Positions 48,076 to 61,062 of a stretch of DNA of 64,000 nucleotides are shown here, piece after piece. The DNA lies in the NCBI GenBank assembly GCA_028534125.1, contig CM052816.1, forward strand, positions 6,140,001 through 6,204,000. Direction: 5' to 3'. The notes under the pieces are model-generated. The model was given only the letters and a program-made list of their open reading frames with translations, had not been told where the DNA came from and did no database searches. The stretch comes from Lama glama (Eukaryota). Every line of letters starts with the position of its first letter. The first letter of the stretch is position 1. The position numbers and the translations under genes are program-made.

Positions 48076-50959
48076 TCCAAAAGAAAAAGCAAAACGAAAT
48101 AAAAGTGCCCAAACAACAAAAAAATTCAAAAACGTTTTAAAGGATTTGGCAAAGATCCCATCTGTCCAAAAGTGTAGATGCTGATAAACTTGGCAAATAT
48201 TCTCCCAGCAAGTCTCAAGAATCTCCCCTGTCAGATCTGAAATTTGCATCATTCTCTAACCTACATACCATTTTCTTTTCATGTACATTATTTTCAAACA
48301 TAACTGATGACTGAAAACTACTGTACATTAAGCATCCTGTACCAGATCTAGATAAGTTACCTGGTTGTTGCCCCTCAGCTAATGTGCTTTTTTAAAATCA
48401 GTTGGTCTCCAACCTGAGAAAACCACCTTTTGAAATCTTAATGAAAACCTATTATGAGAAAGTTAATTGAAATGTGTCACTCTCTACCCACCCCCTCCCC
48501 CGGGGGTATGAGGTGTTGCTTTGTACGTGTGTGTGATCAGTATTTGCGAGGAAAATTTTTCCATAGTCATCTTCAGAGACTGCTTCTTGAAAGGCAAGCA
48601 TACACTCTGATTTTAAGAAACATGATCGATATGTTTCTCCTCATGGTGTAGATGTCAAAGCAAATCAAGTGTGATTTGGGGGCTAATTTCTAGTTTACCT
48701 CGGTCAGTGTAGAAACTCCTACACTGGCATGGTGATAAAATACAAGGAAATCATGGATGAACGTGGGGCTGGGGCGGGGGGCGGCTCTTCGTCAACCTTC
48801 CCATCAAGGCTCCAACACTGTGCTCTTGTGGAAATGCTCCTGGTACTGGGGTACTTCCTGCATGGCCTCCTGCTTGCAAAACCACATGCTAACACTCTAC
48901 AGCTTCATTAATGAAAGAAGGATAATTAGGAGAGCTCCATTAGATTTCACAGTGAACATCTGGTTTGGAACGTTTGTAATTTTTTTCTTTTTTTCTTTTT
49001 TTTTTTCTTTTTTGGCTACTGAGGAGATCCTCACATTCAATATCAAGATGGGGGTATAACTGAGACTTTCCCTGCTGACAGTATAACTGCCTTTCATTGC
49101 TACAACACAAATAATTACTTATAAAACAGCAGTTGGTCTGCTTAAAAAATTCAAATTAATGTTCTAGGTATTTTTAGACATCCTTTGCTACAGACCTTCC
49201 CCATTCGCTCCCAGATCAAGTGGCCACTCTTAAAAGAATCAGTTAGCGTGATAAATACTCCGACAGCTGATTTCTGTAGATGCGTTCACCTTAATTACTC
49301 CTTTCTTTTTCCACTTGTTGAAGATTGTTCGTCTCTTCTCTACAGTCATCTATAGCTGAGGTATATGGACTCTGTTTTTATTTATAGTTATTTCATCCAA
49401 GGATCCAGTCATGAACTTACGAACCCATTGTGTTTGTCTCTTTTCATCACCAAGAGAGAGCAGAGAAGCTGTTTGTTGAGAAAAGAATAGAGCTTAGAAT
49501 TTAATGTATCAAGCTGGGTTTAGGTGTGGTGTCAGGTTCCAACCACGTCTCAAGAGTGATTTTCTACCCGCTGTACCTGGGTCTGTCTTTTTCTGTCCTG
49601 GCCTGTATTAAAGCCCTCCAGTTGTTGGTCCTATGGAAAGCTCCTATTATCAGAGTGATATCATGGATTACAAGCGAGATATAACCCTGATCTTGCTAAC
49701 TTAACACAATTTTAAAAAGACATTGGCCATGTGCAGAAGCAAGGAGGACCAGTCATGGGCATATGGAGGAACCAATTCATATTTTGCCATTTTTCCCCCC
49801 AAGATTCAAAGTTCAGAGAGAAGGGAACCAATTGCCTGAATTTAGGGCATACGTCCACTATCAAGTTTACCTGAGTGATATGGGGATGGATCTGGTATTA
49901 TCGTTCCTCAAGGAAGTCCTTAACCATGGCAAGAGTATCTTAAACAGGTTCCTCCACTAAATCATAGGACAGAGAATATTATTTATGTGGCCATTTTATT
50001 TTCTTTATTCTTTTAAGGATGGTGTATAACTACTACTAGTCTATGTACCTGGGGAGAGAAATAATTATGTGCAATGAATGTTTAGACACCAAAACTTAAT
50101 TCTTTTCTGAAGCCCAGTTGGCTCCATTTGGTAAAATAGACAGTTTACTAGCCCCTTACAGCTGCACTCAGGAGAGGAGATACAGTTCCTCAAGAGGAAA
50201 TCAGGATGCTGTTAGGAAGTAGAAGCTGAGCAGCCAAAAACCATTTTTGCCCCAATACATACACAATAAATTTTTGACAATCACAAGGCAGCACTTTCCG
50301 AAGTGTTTTACGTGGATTTCTGATATCCCTCAAGCCACTGATCGGTGTTTGCAGACAAATGTTTTCTTAGAAAAAAAGTTTAGGAAAGACTCTAATCAAA
50401 GGAGTTTAATAATATAAAAGTTATAAACAGTCCTACAATAAATAGTCAAGAGGTCTGTTTAGCTGTATTTCCGAAACTTACATGAGTTTTGAATCTTTTG
50501 ATAGTATATACCACAGAAATTACTGTTGTAAAGAATTTACTTTAGAAAATAGTCTTAAAGAAATATGTTCTGATACTTTCAGAAGTTCTCTTACTTGCTG
50601 GTGTTACTCTAGGGTTTAAATTCCCTAAAGGAAATGATAATAGCCAAAGTAGAGGATCTTGAAATGGTGTCTACATGATTTACTTGTCATTCCTTCCCTG
50701 AGTATCCACTATTTTCCCACCTCCTTTCAGGGGGCCCTGCCTGTAAAGAACGGGAACATTATGTTGCATGGGCCTCTTCTCTTCCCTTGGGTGTAGACTG
50801 GGGAGTTACCTGGGGAGCTTTGAAAACTGTTGTCTCCCACCTTGAGCTATGAACTTAGCCTAACTGTGTGTAAGTGGTACCTTGACAGAACAGCCAGTGA
50901 TGGTGGGAAGCCATCATGGTTGGCAGAAATTGTTTAAATAAACATGCAGGACATGAAGA

Positions 50960-51127
50960 CATACTGAAGCAAAGGTTTTGGAGGGCGTGATGAAACACAG
51001 ATGCCTGGGTTGTACCTCAGAGTTCTCTATTCAGTAGGTCTGTGGTTGGGCTTGAACATTCATACTTTCTGTTGAGTTTCTAGGTGATGCTGTTGCTGGT
51101 CCCAGTAGCACATTTTGAGAATCACCT
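50960..51127. mobile_element. MER5A hAT-Charlie MITE
   Basis: aaacacagatgcctggg..cctcagagttct..attcagtaggtctg...aggtgatgctgttgctggtcc..cacattttgagaatcac. Confidence 0.8.
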
Positions 51128-52579
51128 AGAACATGCAAATACACAATCGAGGATGTTTTCAGCCAAGTAGTTATATCCACTCCCCCAGTTGGCACATGAA
51201 TTTGTGTGTATGAGAACATATTGTCTTCTGTCAGGTGTTACGCCCACCTACAGGTTTCTTACCTTTTTTTCACTCTAGAATGTATTGAATCTGGGGTTGG
51301 TATTGTGTTACCTAGCCTTGTCCACCATACAGTGAAGGAAAGTGATTTTCTCAAAACTGAATTTTAAGAAGAATCTAGATTTGTGCTCCCTGGGGATTGG
51401 AGGCCACAGAGAATATGTGATGTGTGGCGCATAGGCATTTGACATCAGGGATGGAGGCCAAGAGGGATTTTTCTATATTTATTTTTAGAGACTGTTTCTT
51501 GAAAGAAAGAAGCAAGTAAGCTCTTACTTCGAAAGCACTGATTAAGATAACTCTGCCTCTGTAGAGGTAACTCAGAATAAAATCAGGTGTGACTTGAACT
51601 ATTTTCTCAGTCAAGTTACGAAGAATCATCTTTGTGAGGATCTTTCTCAGCTATTAAAGTATTGACATACATAGAAACATGACCTGAAGCGTAGAACCAA
51701 AGCTTCTGATTGGTTTACCACAGAATGTTAAATCAGCATTTTAAAGAAATGGTGAATTATTATCACATCCTATACCAACAATAAATAGTGTGAAATTAAA
51801 TCTTAACTTTTAATTAATATTTTATAACCTGTTTTAATATAATTTATCCTCTAAAATATTTAAAATATTTTATAAGACATGATCTATTAAAATAGTAGGG
51901 CTTATGTAAAATTTATAGATAATTAAATATGCATGTGCCAGAGTGTAAGCACATTTATTTGTGAATAAAATTTTTGCTGATATAGTATTTTAAAAAAGTT
52001 TAGAAACCACTTCTTTAAGAAGTTTAAGAGGTCTTAGGGATGTTACTTGAAACAGAGTCTTGTGTGCATGGACCAATTCATCTAAAGTGTTTCAGGCAAC
52101 ACATCAGCCCTAATACTCATCAGCTAATGCTAAACCATCTCTATATGTTATCAGTAGGTTAACTTGCATTTGAATAGCCACTAAATCCTAAAATATTAGA
52201 CTTGTTTTTGGGATAGAGGACTTTTCTTTGAACCAGAGCTATTAGCTGGCTTTCAATTCACAAAACCAGTGATCCTGTAAGAGTTTATTACCACATGTTA
52301 AATTATAGTAGGGCATCAATGGCAAAAGATGAGCAGTCCTCTGAAGTGCCAGTCATGATCAATGGTTGCTAAGCAAGTGCTTATCCATAAGGAAGCCATC
52401 ATCTCCTGTTAACCCACTGTCCAACTCTAAGCATAATTGGCAGGGAAAAAAAAAAAAAGCAAAAAGGGAAACATGGTGGTCTCGTTAATCCTATGGGGTG
52501 AAGAAACCTCCAGGGTCCATTTCTGACATACTTCTAATTTCCTATTCTAATATTCCAGTATTACAGTAATCTTCTTTGT

Positions 52580-52800
52580 GACAATAGCAACAGATAGCTA
52601 TCTAGCACTTACTATAAGCCAGGCACTACTCTAAATATATGTCATTTCTTTAGTTAAAAAAGTCTTAGAAGGTAGATTATTATTCTCATTTTAGAGATGA
52701 GGAAACTGACAGAGAAAGTGTAAGTGACTTGCCCAAAGCTAGTAAGCAGTAAAGAAAAGATTCAAAATGAAGCAGTCTGATTCCAGAAGTTGGATTTCTA
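52580..52800 (-). mobile_element. MIR SINE
   Basis: agcacttactataagccaggcact...attattattctcattttagagatgaggaaactga..taagtgacttgcccaa. Confidence 0.85.
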
Positions 52801-52815
52801 AACACTTCATATGTC

Positions 52816-52975
52816 CAGTGGTCCTGGAGCAGAGTAACTGTCAGAATCAAGGAAAGGAAGTCTTCAAAATTACAGATGCCCCAGTTTCACTGGGGACCTA
52901 GTGACTTAAACTGTGCTAGGGGTTCTGATAGGCAAGTTCCCACCTTACGTGTAGCACAAACATTGAGAACCAATG
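52816..52975. mobile_element. MER5B-like MITE
   Basis: cagtggtcct..tcagaatca...aaaattacagatgccc...ttgagaaccaatg. Confidence 0.55.
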
Positions 52976-53024
52976 ACTTCACCTAATATCTTTTGTTTTT
53001 TGACTGGGGAAATGGAGTCTCACC

Positions 53025-53597
53025 TGTGCCATAAAGGGTGAACTCAGCAGCCTGGGCTGTCCAAATGCTGTACATTCCAGAGGTCTTCAGGACTGGCCCC
53101 TAACTGGCTGCTGGAAAATAACATCTAAGACCTAGAAATATCCTGCCTGATAAGAGTATCTTTGTATACGTGGTTCTTACTCCTCTGGGGTCCTAGACCA
53201 TGCTGTGTCAGTTTGACCTCTAGGGGGCAGTGCTGAAGAATGAGTAGCTAAGGTCAGTCATGTGGGTGCCCCGTGACTGTGCCTATGAGACTGACCTCCA
53301 CTCTGGACAGCAAGGCTCAGGGGAGCCTCCCTGGTTGGCAGTTCTTTGAACACGTTGTCACACACTGTTGCAAAGAATTAAGCACTGCTGTGCGCCTCCA
53401 CTGGGAGAAGACAGCTGGAAGCTGGCACCTGGTATCTCGTAGAATTTATCCTCTTTGCCTTTTATCTTTACTGATTTTCATGTATAGCCTTTTGCTGTAA
53501 TAAAAACTGTAACTTTGCATATAACAGCTTATCAGAGTTCTGTGAGCCTTCTAGTGAATTATTGAAACTGAAGTTGGTCTTGAAGGGCCCTGGCACC
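53025..53597 (+). mobile_element. MER77-like (MER21/MER68 group) ERVL solo LTR
   Basis: tgt start; gcctgggctgtccaaa..tcttcaggactggccc..atatcctgcctgataagagt..aaggctcaggggagcctccctggttggca..gctgtaataaaa; 5-bp TSD-like tcacc / ttacc. Confidence 0.8.
53214..53232 (+). promoter_or_regulatory. CTCF core motif TGACCTCTAGGGGGCAGTG
   Basis: Fits the CC(A/T)SYAGRKGGCRSY core at every position; binding untested. Confidence 0.55.
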
Positions 53598-54899
53598 TTA
53601 CCCAACCCTCCACCTACCCATAATTTATTTCTGTGAGGTCAGGGATCACACTCATTTTTATGCTTGGGTTTTTTTTTTTTTTGGCCTAGAATGTGCTAGA
53701 TATTTCACTTATATTTGTTGACTAAATTAATTACTTCCATAATGAGAGACGAGATCTTTACCTGTGAGTCTGCCAGCTGTTGATCATCATCATGGCACTG
53801 TCTTGGCCCCACCCTTCCCTGCTGCGTGCGTGGATTCCTCACCTCCCCTCGTCATGGATTTTGGTCTTTGGAAGCACCAACCCCTCTCTGCCTTCTTTCT
53901 CAAGGTTTGGGATAAATGTCAAGTGAGCTTTCTTTTACAGAAAGTCTGTAATCTCTTAATAATGGAATTTCTCCCTAAACCATATGTCACAGAAATATTT
54001 AGTGCATAACAAAGGGACATCTGTGGAGGGAGAGGTCACTTCCTTCCACAGGCTCCCAAAAGGTACATTAAAATTCGATATTTGAAAAGTCAGAGCAAAA
54101 AGACCTTCCTGGCAGATGGATAGTCATCAAATTAGGAAAATGTTCGTCATGAATTGAGGGTGTTAGGTACTTAATTTGGGTGGAATCTTGGTAGTATTAA
54201 GTGAAGAATGATTTTTTTTAAAAAAAAGACAGGGATTAGGTCATGAATGGCCTTCAATGCAAAACTAAGACATTTGAATTTTACCCTTAAATCCCTGGGA
54301 GCTATTGAAAGATTCAGAAGTAGGAAATCAAATGGTAAACTCCACCTTCAGAAGCTGCAAGCTAGACTGGTTGCGATAAGAGAGAAACGACACAAGGAGA
54401 AACCAATTAGGAGGCTGTTGCAATAAAAGATGAAGAGGAAGCAGCAAAATCTGCTTTTCAGTCTTCACACCAGTTTACAACAGAACCGTGAATTCCTGAA
54501 TTATCAAAAGCAGCAGCATGTTCATCTTTGGTGCCTTAAAACTGTCTTCCTCTTCAAAGGAAGCATTTTGAACCCGTTGTAAAATCGTACGTCAGCTGGG
54601 AACCACAGAATTCCCCTGGCAACTTTCTAAGGTCATTTAATAGGAATGATTTAGGTGAACATCCCCGTCATCCCCAAGAAATCCCCTCAGTCTTGAATCA
54701 TGACAAAATACATCGGTTTCCCTACTTTATCTTCCAGCTTAACATTGCTTCATATATAGGTGTGTTCATACCTTTGCTCATTTATCCTGATTCTAAATGC
54801 ATAGAGTGGACATAGGCCAGAACTGAGGCAATGATTTGGAAAATCCAAGCCAAAAAATCAGTAAAAGTTAATGAACTGATTTCTGGAATCAGATTTCCT

Positions 54900-55427
54900 A
54901 AGTTCCGTTCATGATCAACAACTTCAAACCCTCCATTATTTCCATATTTCTAACTCACTGCCTGTAATATCTCAATAATCCTTTGATCCTACGGTTCTCT
55001 AATCCATGATCCTTCCAGATTCTTACTATCCCTTCGCCCCTTGATACACTCACTGTCCTCCTTATCCTGTATCAATTGTTATAATCAGTTCGTTGATTCG
55101 CTTCTCTTTTTCTGTGGCTTGGCAAACACCACCTGGCTAAATCCAGTTTTCCATGTACTCTAGGACAGAACCTTCTCTTGATTTTTCTCTTGTTTCCCTG
55201 ATTACCCCTTAATATCCTTTCTGCATTTCTCCTCTTCTTCCCACGCTCTTAATGGTTAGGGTGTTCCTTCTGTGTACACTCTGCTCTCTTCCTCTATGCA
55301 GGCTTCATTGCGGATCTCTTCCCATCTTGGCTTTAAACTCCATCTGTGTTCTGATGTATGCATTCATCTGAGATCTCTCTCCTGATTTGCATATCCAGTG
55401 GCCTACTCAGCATCTCCACTTGGACAT
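54900..55427 (+). mobile_element. L2a body (continues at 56120-56400 after an LTR insertion)
   Basis: ttggcaaacaccacctggctaaatcca...catcttggctttaaa..ccatct...gcctactcagcatctccacttgga. Confidence 0.7.
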
Positions 55428-56061
55428 TGTGCTGGTTATTTACCTAATGACTCTCAGCCCCAAATCTAGTCTTTGAAATTCTGCTCATTGATGTTAGTCT
55501 TGGGACTCTGAAAATTATGATTTCCCAGATTCCCTTGCCACTGACTTCCTCTTAGATTCTCCCAAATGGAGTCTTGAGAGAGAACTGGGTACCCTGTTTC
55601 CTATGCCCTTGACCCGCCTTTTATTTCAGCTGCGGTGTGGTGAGTCCTGCTGTGCTTGCTGACTGTGTTCTGTCTCAAGGGCTTGCCATTGTCTTTCAGC
55701 TTTTATGCTTCAGGGTTCTCTCCCGAGCCTGAGGACTCACTTAGCCTGTATATAGATGCAGCACAGAAATTCAGGAGAATTAACACTGCTGCAGAAAACC
55801 TTCAACCAAATGGGATTGACTAAATACCCATCCCCTTGGCCTTTATGTGGACAATTCTGGGAGGAATTCTGGATACTTACCATAAAAAGAACCCATTTCC
55901 TATTGCTTAAAATAAACAACCTTCCTAATCCATTCATTTTCGGTGCTTTTCTTTTCACACCTTCTTTCCCCACTTCCTCACACCTGCTTCCAGGGATCCC
56001 CTCATAAATAAACTGCACCCAAATCTTTGTAATTTACTTTCAGAGGAACTCAGACTAAGAC
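55428..56061 (+). mobile_element. ERVL LTR composite: LTR33/41/50-like 5' piece + LTR16-like 3' piece
   Basis: tgtgctggttattt..tttcccagattcccttgcca; ccttcaaccaa..ggacaattctg..ctgcttccagggatc..aaataaactgcacccaaatc..gactaagaca. Confidence 0.65.
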
Positions 56062-56119
56062 AGCAGAAGAATTGGAAGGGGTTCCCTTTGGTTGCTTTGT
56101 TTTGTTTACTTCTAGTTCC

Positions 56120-56400
56120 TGCAGGGTTGTTCCAGAGTGGGTAACATTAACCCAGCCTCTGGCTGCCTTCAGCACTGGCAGACACCCCCTTCATCTACCC
56201 CTTCGTGCTTACCACCTTCTAATATGCTATTTGGTTTACTTATTTATTATGTTTATTATTTATGGTTTATCTGTTCCCACTCTAAATTCTTTGAGGACAG
56301 AGATCACTGCTTATTTTATTCATTGATCTACCCCAGCTGCCAAGAAAGGGTGTCTGAGCCCATAGTATTCATTAAATATTTATTGAACAAAACAGTGAAT
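56120..56400 (+). mobile_element. L2a 3' end
   Basis: ttttattcattgatctaccccagc...catagtattcattaaatatttattgaa. Confidence 0.7.
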
Positions 56401-56592
56401 GGCTTGACCTCTTAGTTATTCAGCTGAGGAAAGTTGCTTAGCATCTCAATTTCAATTTCTTTACCTATAAAATTTTTTTGAAGTTACCTTTTTTTATAGA
56501 TTTTTGTACAAATTAAATGAGTTAATAAAAGGAAGGGGCTGAGAACAGTGCCTGGCACATAGTGAGCCCTTGCTACGCGTTAGTTATTATTA
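56400..56592 (+). mobile_element. MIR SINE
   Basis: attaaatgagttaata...agaacagtgcctggcacatagtgagc..gttagttattatt. Confidence 0.85.
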
Positions 56593-58134
56593 ATTTGAAT
56601 GTTGATACTTCCGCCAGTGCATCATAGACATTGAACAATCAGACACACCATTCCTTTTTTCTCAGGTAAAATGTATCAACTAGACAGAGATTGTCTTAAT
56701 CCTAGACAGTCAGCGTGGCTTATGCAGACCCAACCCAGCTCTGTCACTTCCTGTTTCCTGAACTTGACTCTATATTATTTAGGGAGACATACTACCTTCC
56801 TTGGAGTTCAGTCAAGAATTTTTAACTAGCAGTAGTCAGGTTTTTTCATGATAAAAATTGAACTTTTGATTCACTCTGCCTTTAGGAGAAATTGGTTTAT
56901 AAATAAAGGCTCCATGCCAAGAAGTCAGATAAGGAGTTAATTAATTGAATGTTCAGTGTGTGCTATGGCCAGAAAGTCAAAGCTTTATAGAATTTTTTTC
57001 CCTTTTGATCCAAAACCTTTTTTTTTTCCTCCTCTGCTGCATCCATGAAGCCATTGAACACTCGAGGTCGGCCTTATAGAGAGTCTGGTGCAGCAGTGTT
57101 ACGCAGTGGGGCGAAAGGCAGCAGTGGTGCATCAGAAATAAACCCGGCTCCTCCAGAAGGCGTAGCCAATAGGAAACAGGATGAGAAAACAGGCTGTGAG
57201 AGGGGGATTTATTTTCTAGACATTACCGAGCAGGTCAGTGGCACAGGCAGGACTGGGCACCTAGTTACCTGACTGTAGGTTGACAACCACCTGTCTGTTT
57301 CCTCACCTTTACAGAAATATCACACGCAGTTCTTCACAAATCAGAATCACACACAGAGGGAAAATCTGCTTTATCCTCTTTTAACAAGGCTTGAATTTTG
57401 CCTTTATTATGCAGGGAGAAACAGGCTTTGATCTTCCTCCTCCCTCTCCATTAGGCTTATAGTCTCTTACATTTTTAAAATGCTACATAAGGAAGGAAAA
57501 AAAAAATCCCCCAAATGGACCACATGCTGACAAGCTCCTGGTGTTGTCAAATGGAGCTAGAGCATTATGTTTCAAAATTTCCTAGATGAGAACCTTGCCT
57601 TTTACAATGCTGCTTTCAATTTGGGGGGCTAAGTATTCTCTGGAGAAGGAGGTGGGGTGATAGGGAAGTAGCATTGGCCAAATGGAATTAAAATCAAGAG
57701 CTTCTTTGTTAAGAAATGATACCTTTGATAACCCGGCATCTTAGAAATCAGACTCCAGTTTACAAGTATTTTGGTATCCCCTACCCCTGCCCACCAGGAA
57801 CAGAAAGATAGTTTTCCTAGGCACATCAGCAGATGGAATAAAGCTGGAACTGGTGTCGCGTCGGCTGTTCCCATCTGACAGTGAAGCTTTCCAAGCACTT
57901 ACTAGAAAAAAAGCACATTAAACTCTATAAGCTCTCGGTTTTGTGCTCAAGTTGAATATCAAACTGTGCTTCAAAACTTTGTCTTGTCAGGCCCAGCCAT
58001 GCTGAACTTCCAAAAGAAAAAAAAAAAAACAAAAACCTGTTATGGGTCACATTACCTTACCTCCATGTCTATACGTAGGGGGTTCCCTCTACCTGGGGCA
58101 CTCACCACCTCTATCCTGCCCACCGTCTCCCTGC

Positions 58135-58590
58135 CCAGTGGTTAAGGGCAGCCCTCCCTTAATTCCAGTCTCAGGCCTTACACTAGCTGGTTGCGTACCA
58201 CTGTAGGGAAAGTGCTGAACCTCTGTGAGTCTTGCTGTCCTCATCCAGGAGATAGAAGTAATACCAGCATCTCAGAAGATTGTCGTGAGAAATCAACTCA
58301 TGTAAGAACGCTCGGAATAGTGACTGGCACATAGGAAGTGCTCAGTAAATATTAATCTTATAATTATTGTTATCATTATGAACGTGCTTGGAGTTTGGAG
58401 TCAGACACACTTGGATTCGGTCTAACTTGATTCCTGGATTGGCTGCTTACTAGGTATGTTAGTTACATTCCTCATCTGTAAAAGGTGAGGTCATTGTCCT
58501 CATCATCATCTTCAAACTTAACCGCAGAATGTTATAAAAATTAAATGAATAAGCAGCATGCCTGGAATGTGCTTAATACTAGTAATACTT
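58135..58590 (+). mobile_element. Two tandem MIR SINEs
   Basis: cagtggttaagggca...gtgactggcacataggaagtgctcagtaaatatt; tttggagtcagacacacttgg..ttcctcatctgtaaaa. Confidence 0.75.
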
Positions 58591-58936
58591 AATAATTTCT
58601 TACTTGGTGATTTTACTTATTCTTTTAAGTCTCAGCTGTGGTGCTACTTTTTCCAGAAAAATTTGTTACTCATTAGGTCCAAGTTGTATGTATGCCCCTT
58701 GACTGGGCTTCCACAGTACCCTGAACTTTCTTCTGCTGTGACAAGCCTTGCGATGTTGTCATTTCTGTTTACTTCCCTGTTTGCTACTCTAGATTCTGAG
58801 CTTCACCAAGGCAGGAATATTGCCTGCTTAATGCTCCATCATACTCTAATTAGCCAGTACATGGCCTGGGACATGGTAGGTTCAATAAAAGACTAAGAAA
58901 GTCTTTGGTTGTTCCACCCTCTTCTCATCCTGTTTT

Positions 58937-59457
58937 TGTTACCAAGTCCAAACTCGTTCTGCTTACTACATGACAGGCCAGTAAATCAGGAGACAAGGTG
59001 TTGGGGCAAGGAATATTGACTTTATTTGGAAAGCCGGCAGGCCTAGAGGATGGCAGACTAATGTCTCGGAGAACCATCCTACTTCAGTCAGAATACAGGC
59101 TCTTTTTATACCAAAACGGGAGGGAGTGTGGTTGGTTGTTGCAAACTTCTTGTTGCAGAAATTCTTTGTTCTTGCATGGGTCCATGTGGGCCAGGCTATG
59201 GTGTCCCTGTAAACCTCCAACAAAACAAAGGTTATTCTCTATTTTGCAACTTGCCATCTCTACTTAAGTGCAGAAGAGCTAACATTCTTAAAGGTCAGAG
59301 CCCCAAGAATAGGCTCTCCTGTATATTTCAGGCTAAAGGCAAAATTGTTTTACCAAAAGTGCAAAGCTAGCAAGGCTAAGCCTAGAAAACAGGGCACAGT
59401 GGTTAAAAGTAAAGGCACATATCCAATATGGAGTCAGATTTGTTCTCCTGTATTACA
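58937..59457 (-). mobile_element. Intact ERV1-class solo LTR (521 bp), lineage-specific
   Basis: TG...CA ends, 4-bp TSD tttt (58933-58936 / 59458-59461), minus-strand TATAAAAA (59103-59110) upstream of AATAAA (59021-59026). Confidence 0.85.
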
Positions 59458-59743
59458 TTTTCTTCCTTCTGCTGATGGTAAAGGCATGCATATATATTTC
59501 TTTAAGGAATATGCCAAGACCTGGTAAGACATGGGATTGCATGGTTTTTCGTTAGACAACATAGAGTTTAAACATTTTGATTTAATTGTCAGTCATCTAA
59601 AATCTGAGGAGTTAATAATCAAACCTGATTTCTTATTTCTGATGAAGAAATTTTGAGATTTGACAAGACTGAGGCTCATATATAAGTTCCACGTAAATAT
59701 GTTCAAAGTTTAAAGATCCACTTTGCAAAAATAGGCTAGAGCC

Positions 59744-60150
59744 TGTTGACTGAAAAAAAAAAAAAAAGCACAACCTAAAAGTTGAGAGTTATGTTTTACT
59801 TGGTAGACTTGCTGAGGACTTAAGCCCGGGAGACAGCCTCTCAGATAGCTCTGAGGGACTGCTCCAAAGATTTAAGGGAGGAACCAGGATATATAGGAGT
59901 TTTGCAACAAAAACCAGGTAGTTGAAACACCAAGATTACTGTTAATTAAAGAAAACCAGACATCTCAAATTAATGAATTTAGTGCTTATCTATATATGGG
60001 AAGATGCAATGTTCTGGTCTCATGGAAATCATTCCTTTGGTGTGCACCTTAATTGTCTAGGGCCAGTATCTTGTTTTTCTCCATCCTCAGGCTGCTGTGG
60101 TTAATACCTTGATGGCCCAACAATATGGCAGATGACATTCTTCATCCCCA
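59744..60150 (-). mobile_element. MER41-like (cetartiodactyl type) ERV1 solo LTR
   Basis: tgttgactgaaaaaa..cacaacctaaaagttgag..gacagcctctcagatagctctgagggactgctccaaaga; ends ca; TSD-like agcc / ggcc. Confidence 0.7.
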
Positions 60151-60374
60151 GGCCTAATAGGAGCTGCCCTTTTTTGGATGGTTTGATGTGGTCTTCACAC
60201 TGCCTATTTCATTCATTCCTTCTAATGCCAAAGCCTTTGACTTTGAAACCTCCTGTTTTAAAGACTCTGCCCATTAACTAGGAAGAATGAACAAACTGAC
60301 ATTGGATATGAGGGGAAGGGAGTAAAAATTTGATAAAATTAACGCTCATGATCTAGAAGGGGCTATTTTGCCTT

Positions 60375-61062
60375 ATTTTTTGTTGAAATATAGTTGGCAT
60401 ATAACATTGTGTAAATTTAAGGTATGCATGTTAATTTGATACACTTATGTATTATATTAGCCATTGTAGTGATAATTAGCACCTCTATGATATTACGTAA
60501 GTATCCTTTCTTTTTAGTGGTTGAAGTCATTAATTTCTAGTCCCTTAGCAAGTTTGATGATTGTAATACAGTACTGTTGTCTGTATTCACTGTACTGTGC
60601 ATTAGATCTTAGGGCTTATTTACTACTCACTGTAAGTTTGTACCCTTAAACCATATCTGTCATATCCCCCTCATTATGCAGCCCCTGGTAACCACCATTT
60701 TACTCTGTTTTTACAAGTTTGGCTTTTTTTTAGATTCCACATACAAGTGATACCATACACTACTTGTTTTTCTCTGACTTATCTCACTGAACATAGTGTG
60801 CTCCAGGCCTAACCCGTGTTGTTGTAATGGCAGGGTGCTCTTATTTCTCATGGCTCAGTAATGGTTCATTGTATACATGTGCTCATTGTATACATATATA
60901 TGAGTGTGTGTGTTATACATGCATGTTTTATATATGTGTCTATATGTATAAAATACCTTCATTCATTCATCTTTTGATGGGCTCTTCAGTTATTTCCATA
61001 TGTTGTCTATTGTGAATAATGTTACAATAAATATGAGTGTACATCTCTCTTTGCTATCCTAT
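60375..61062 (-). mobile_element. L1MA9-like (laurasiatherian) L1 3' end
   Basis: ttgaaatatagttggcatataacattgtgtaaatttaagg...cccctggtaaccaccattttactctg..tttagattccacatacaagtga. Confidence 0.8.
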
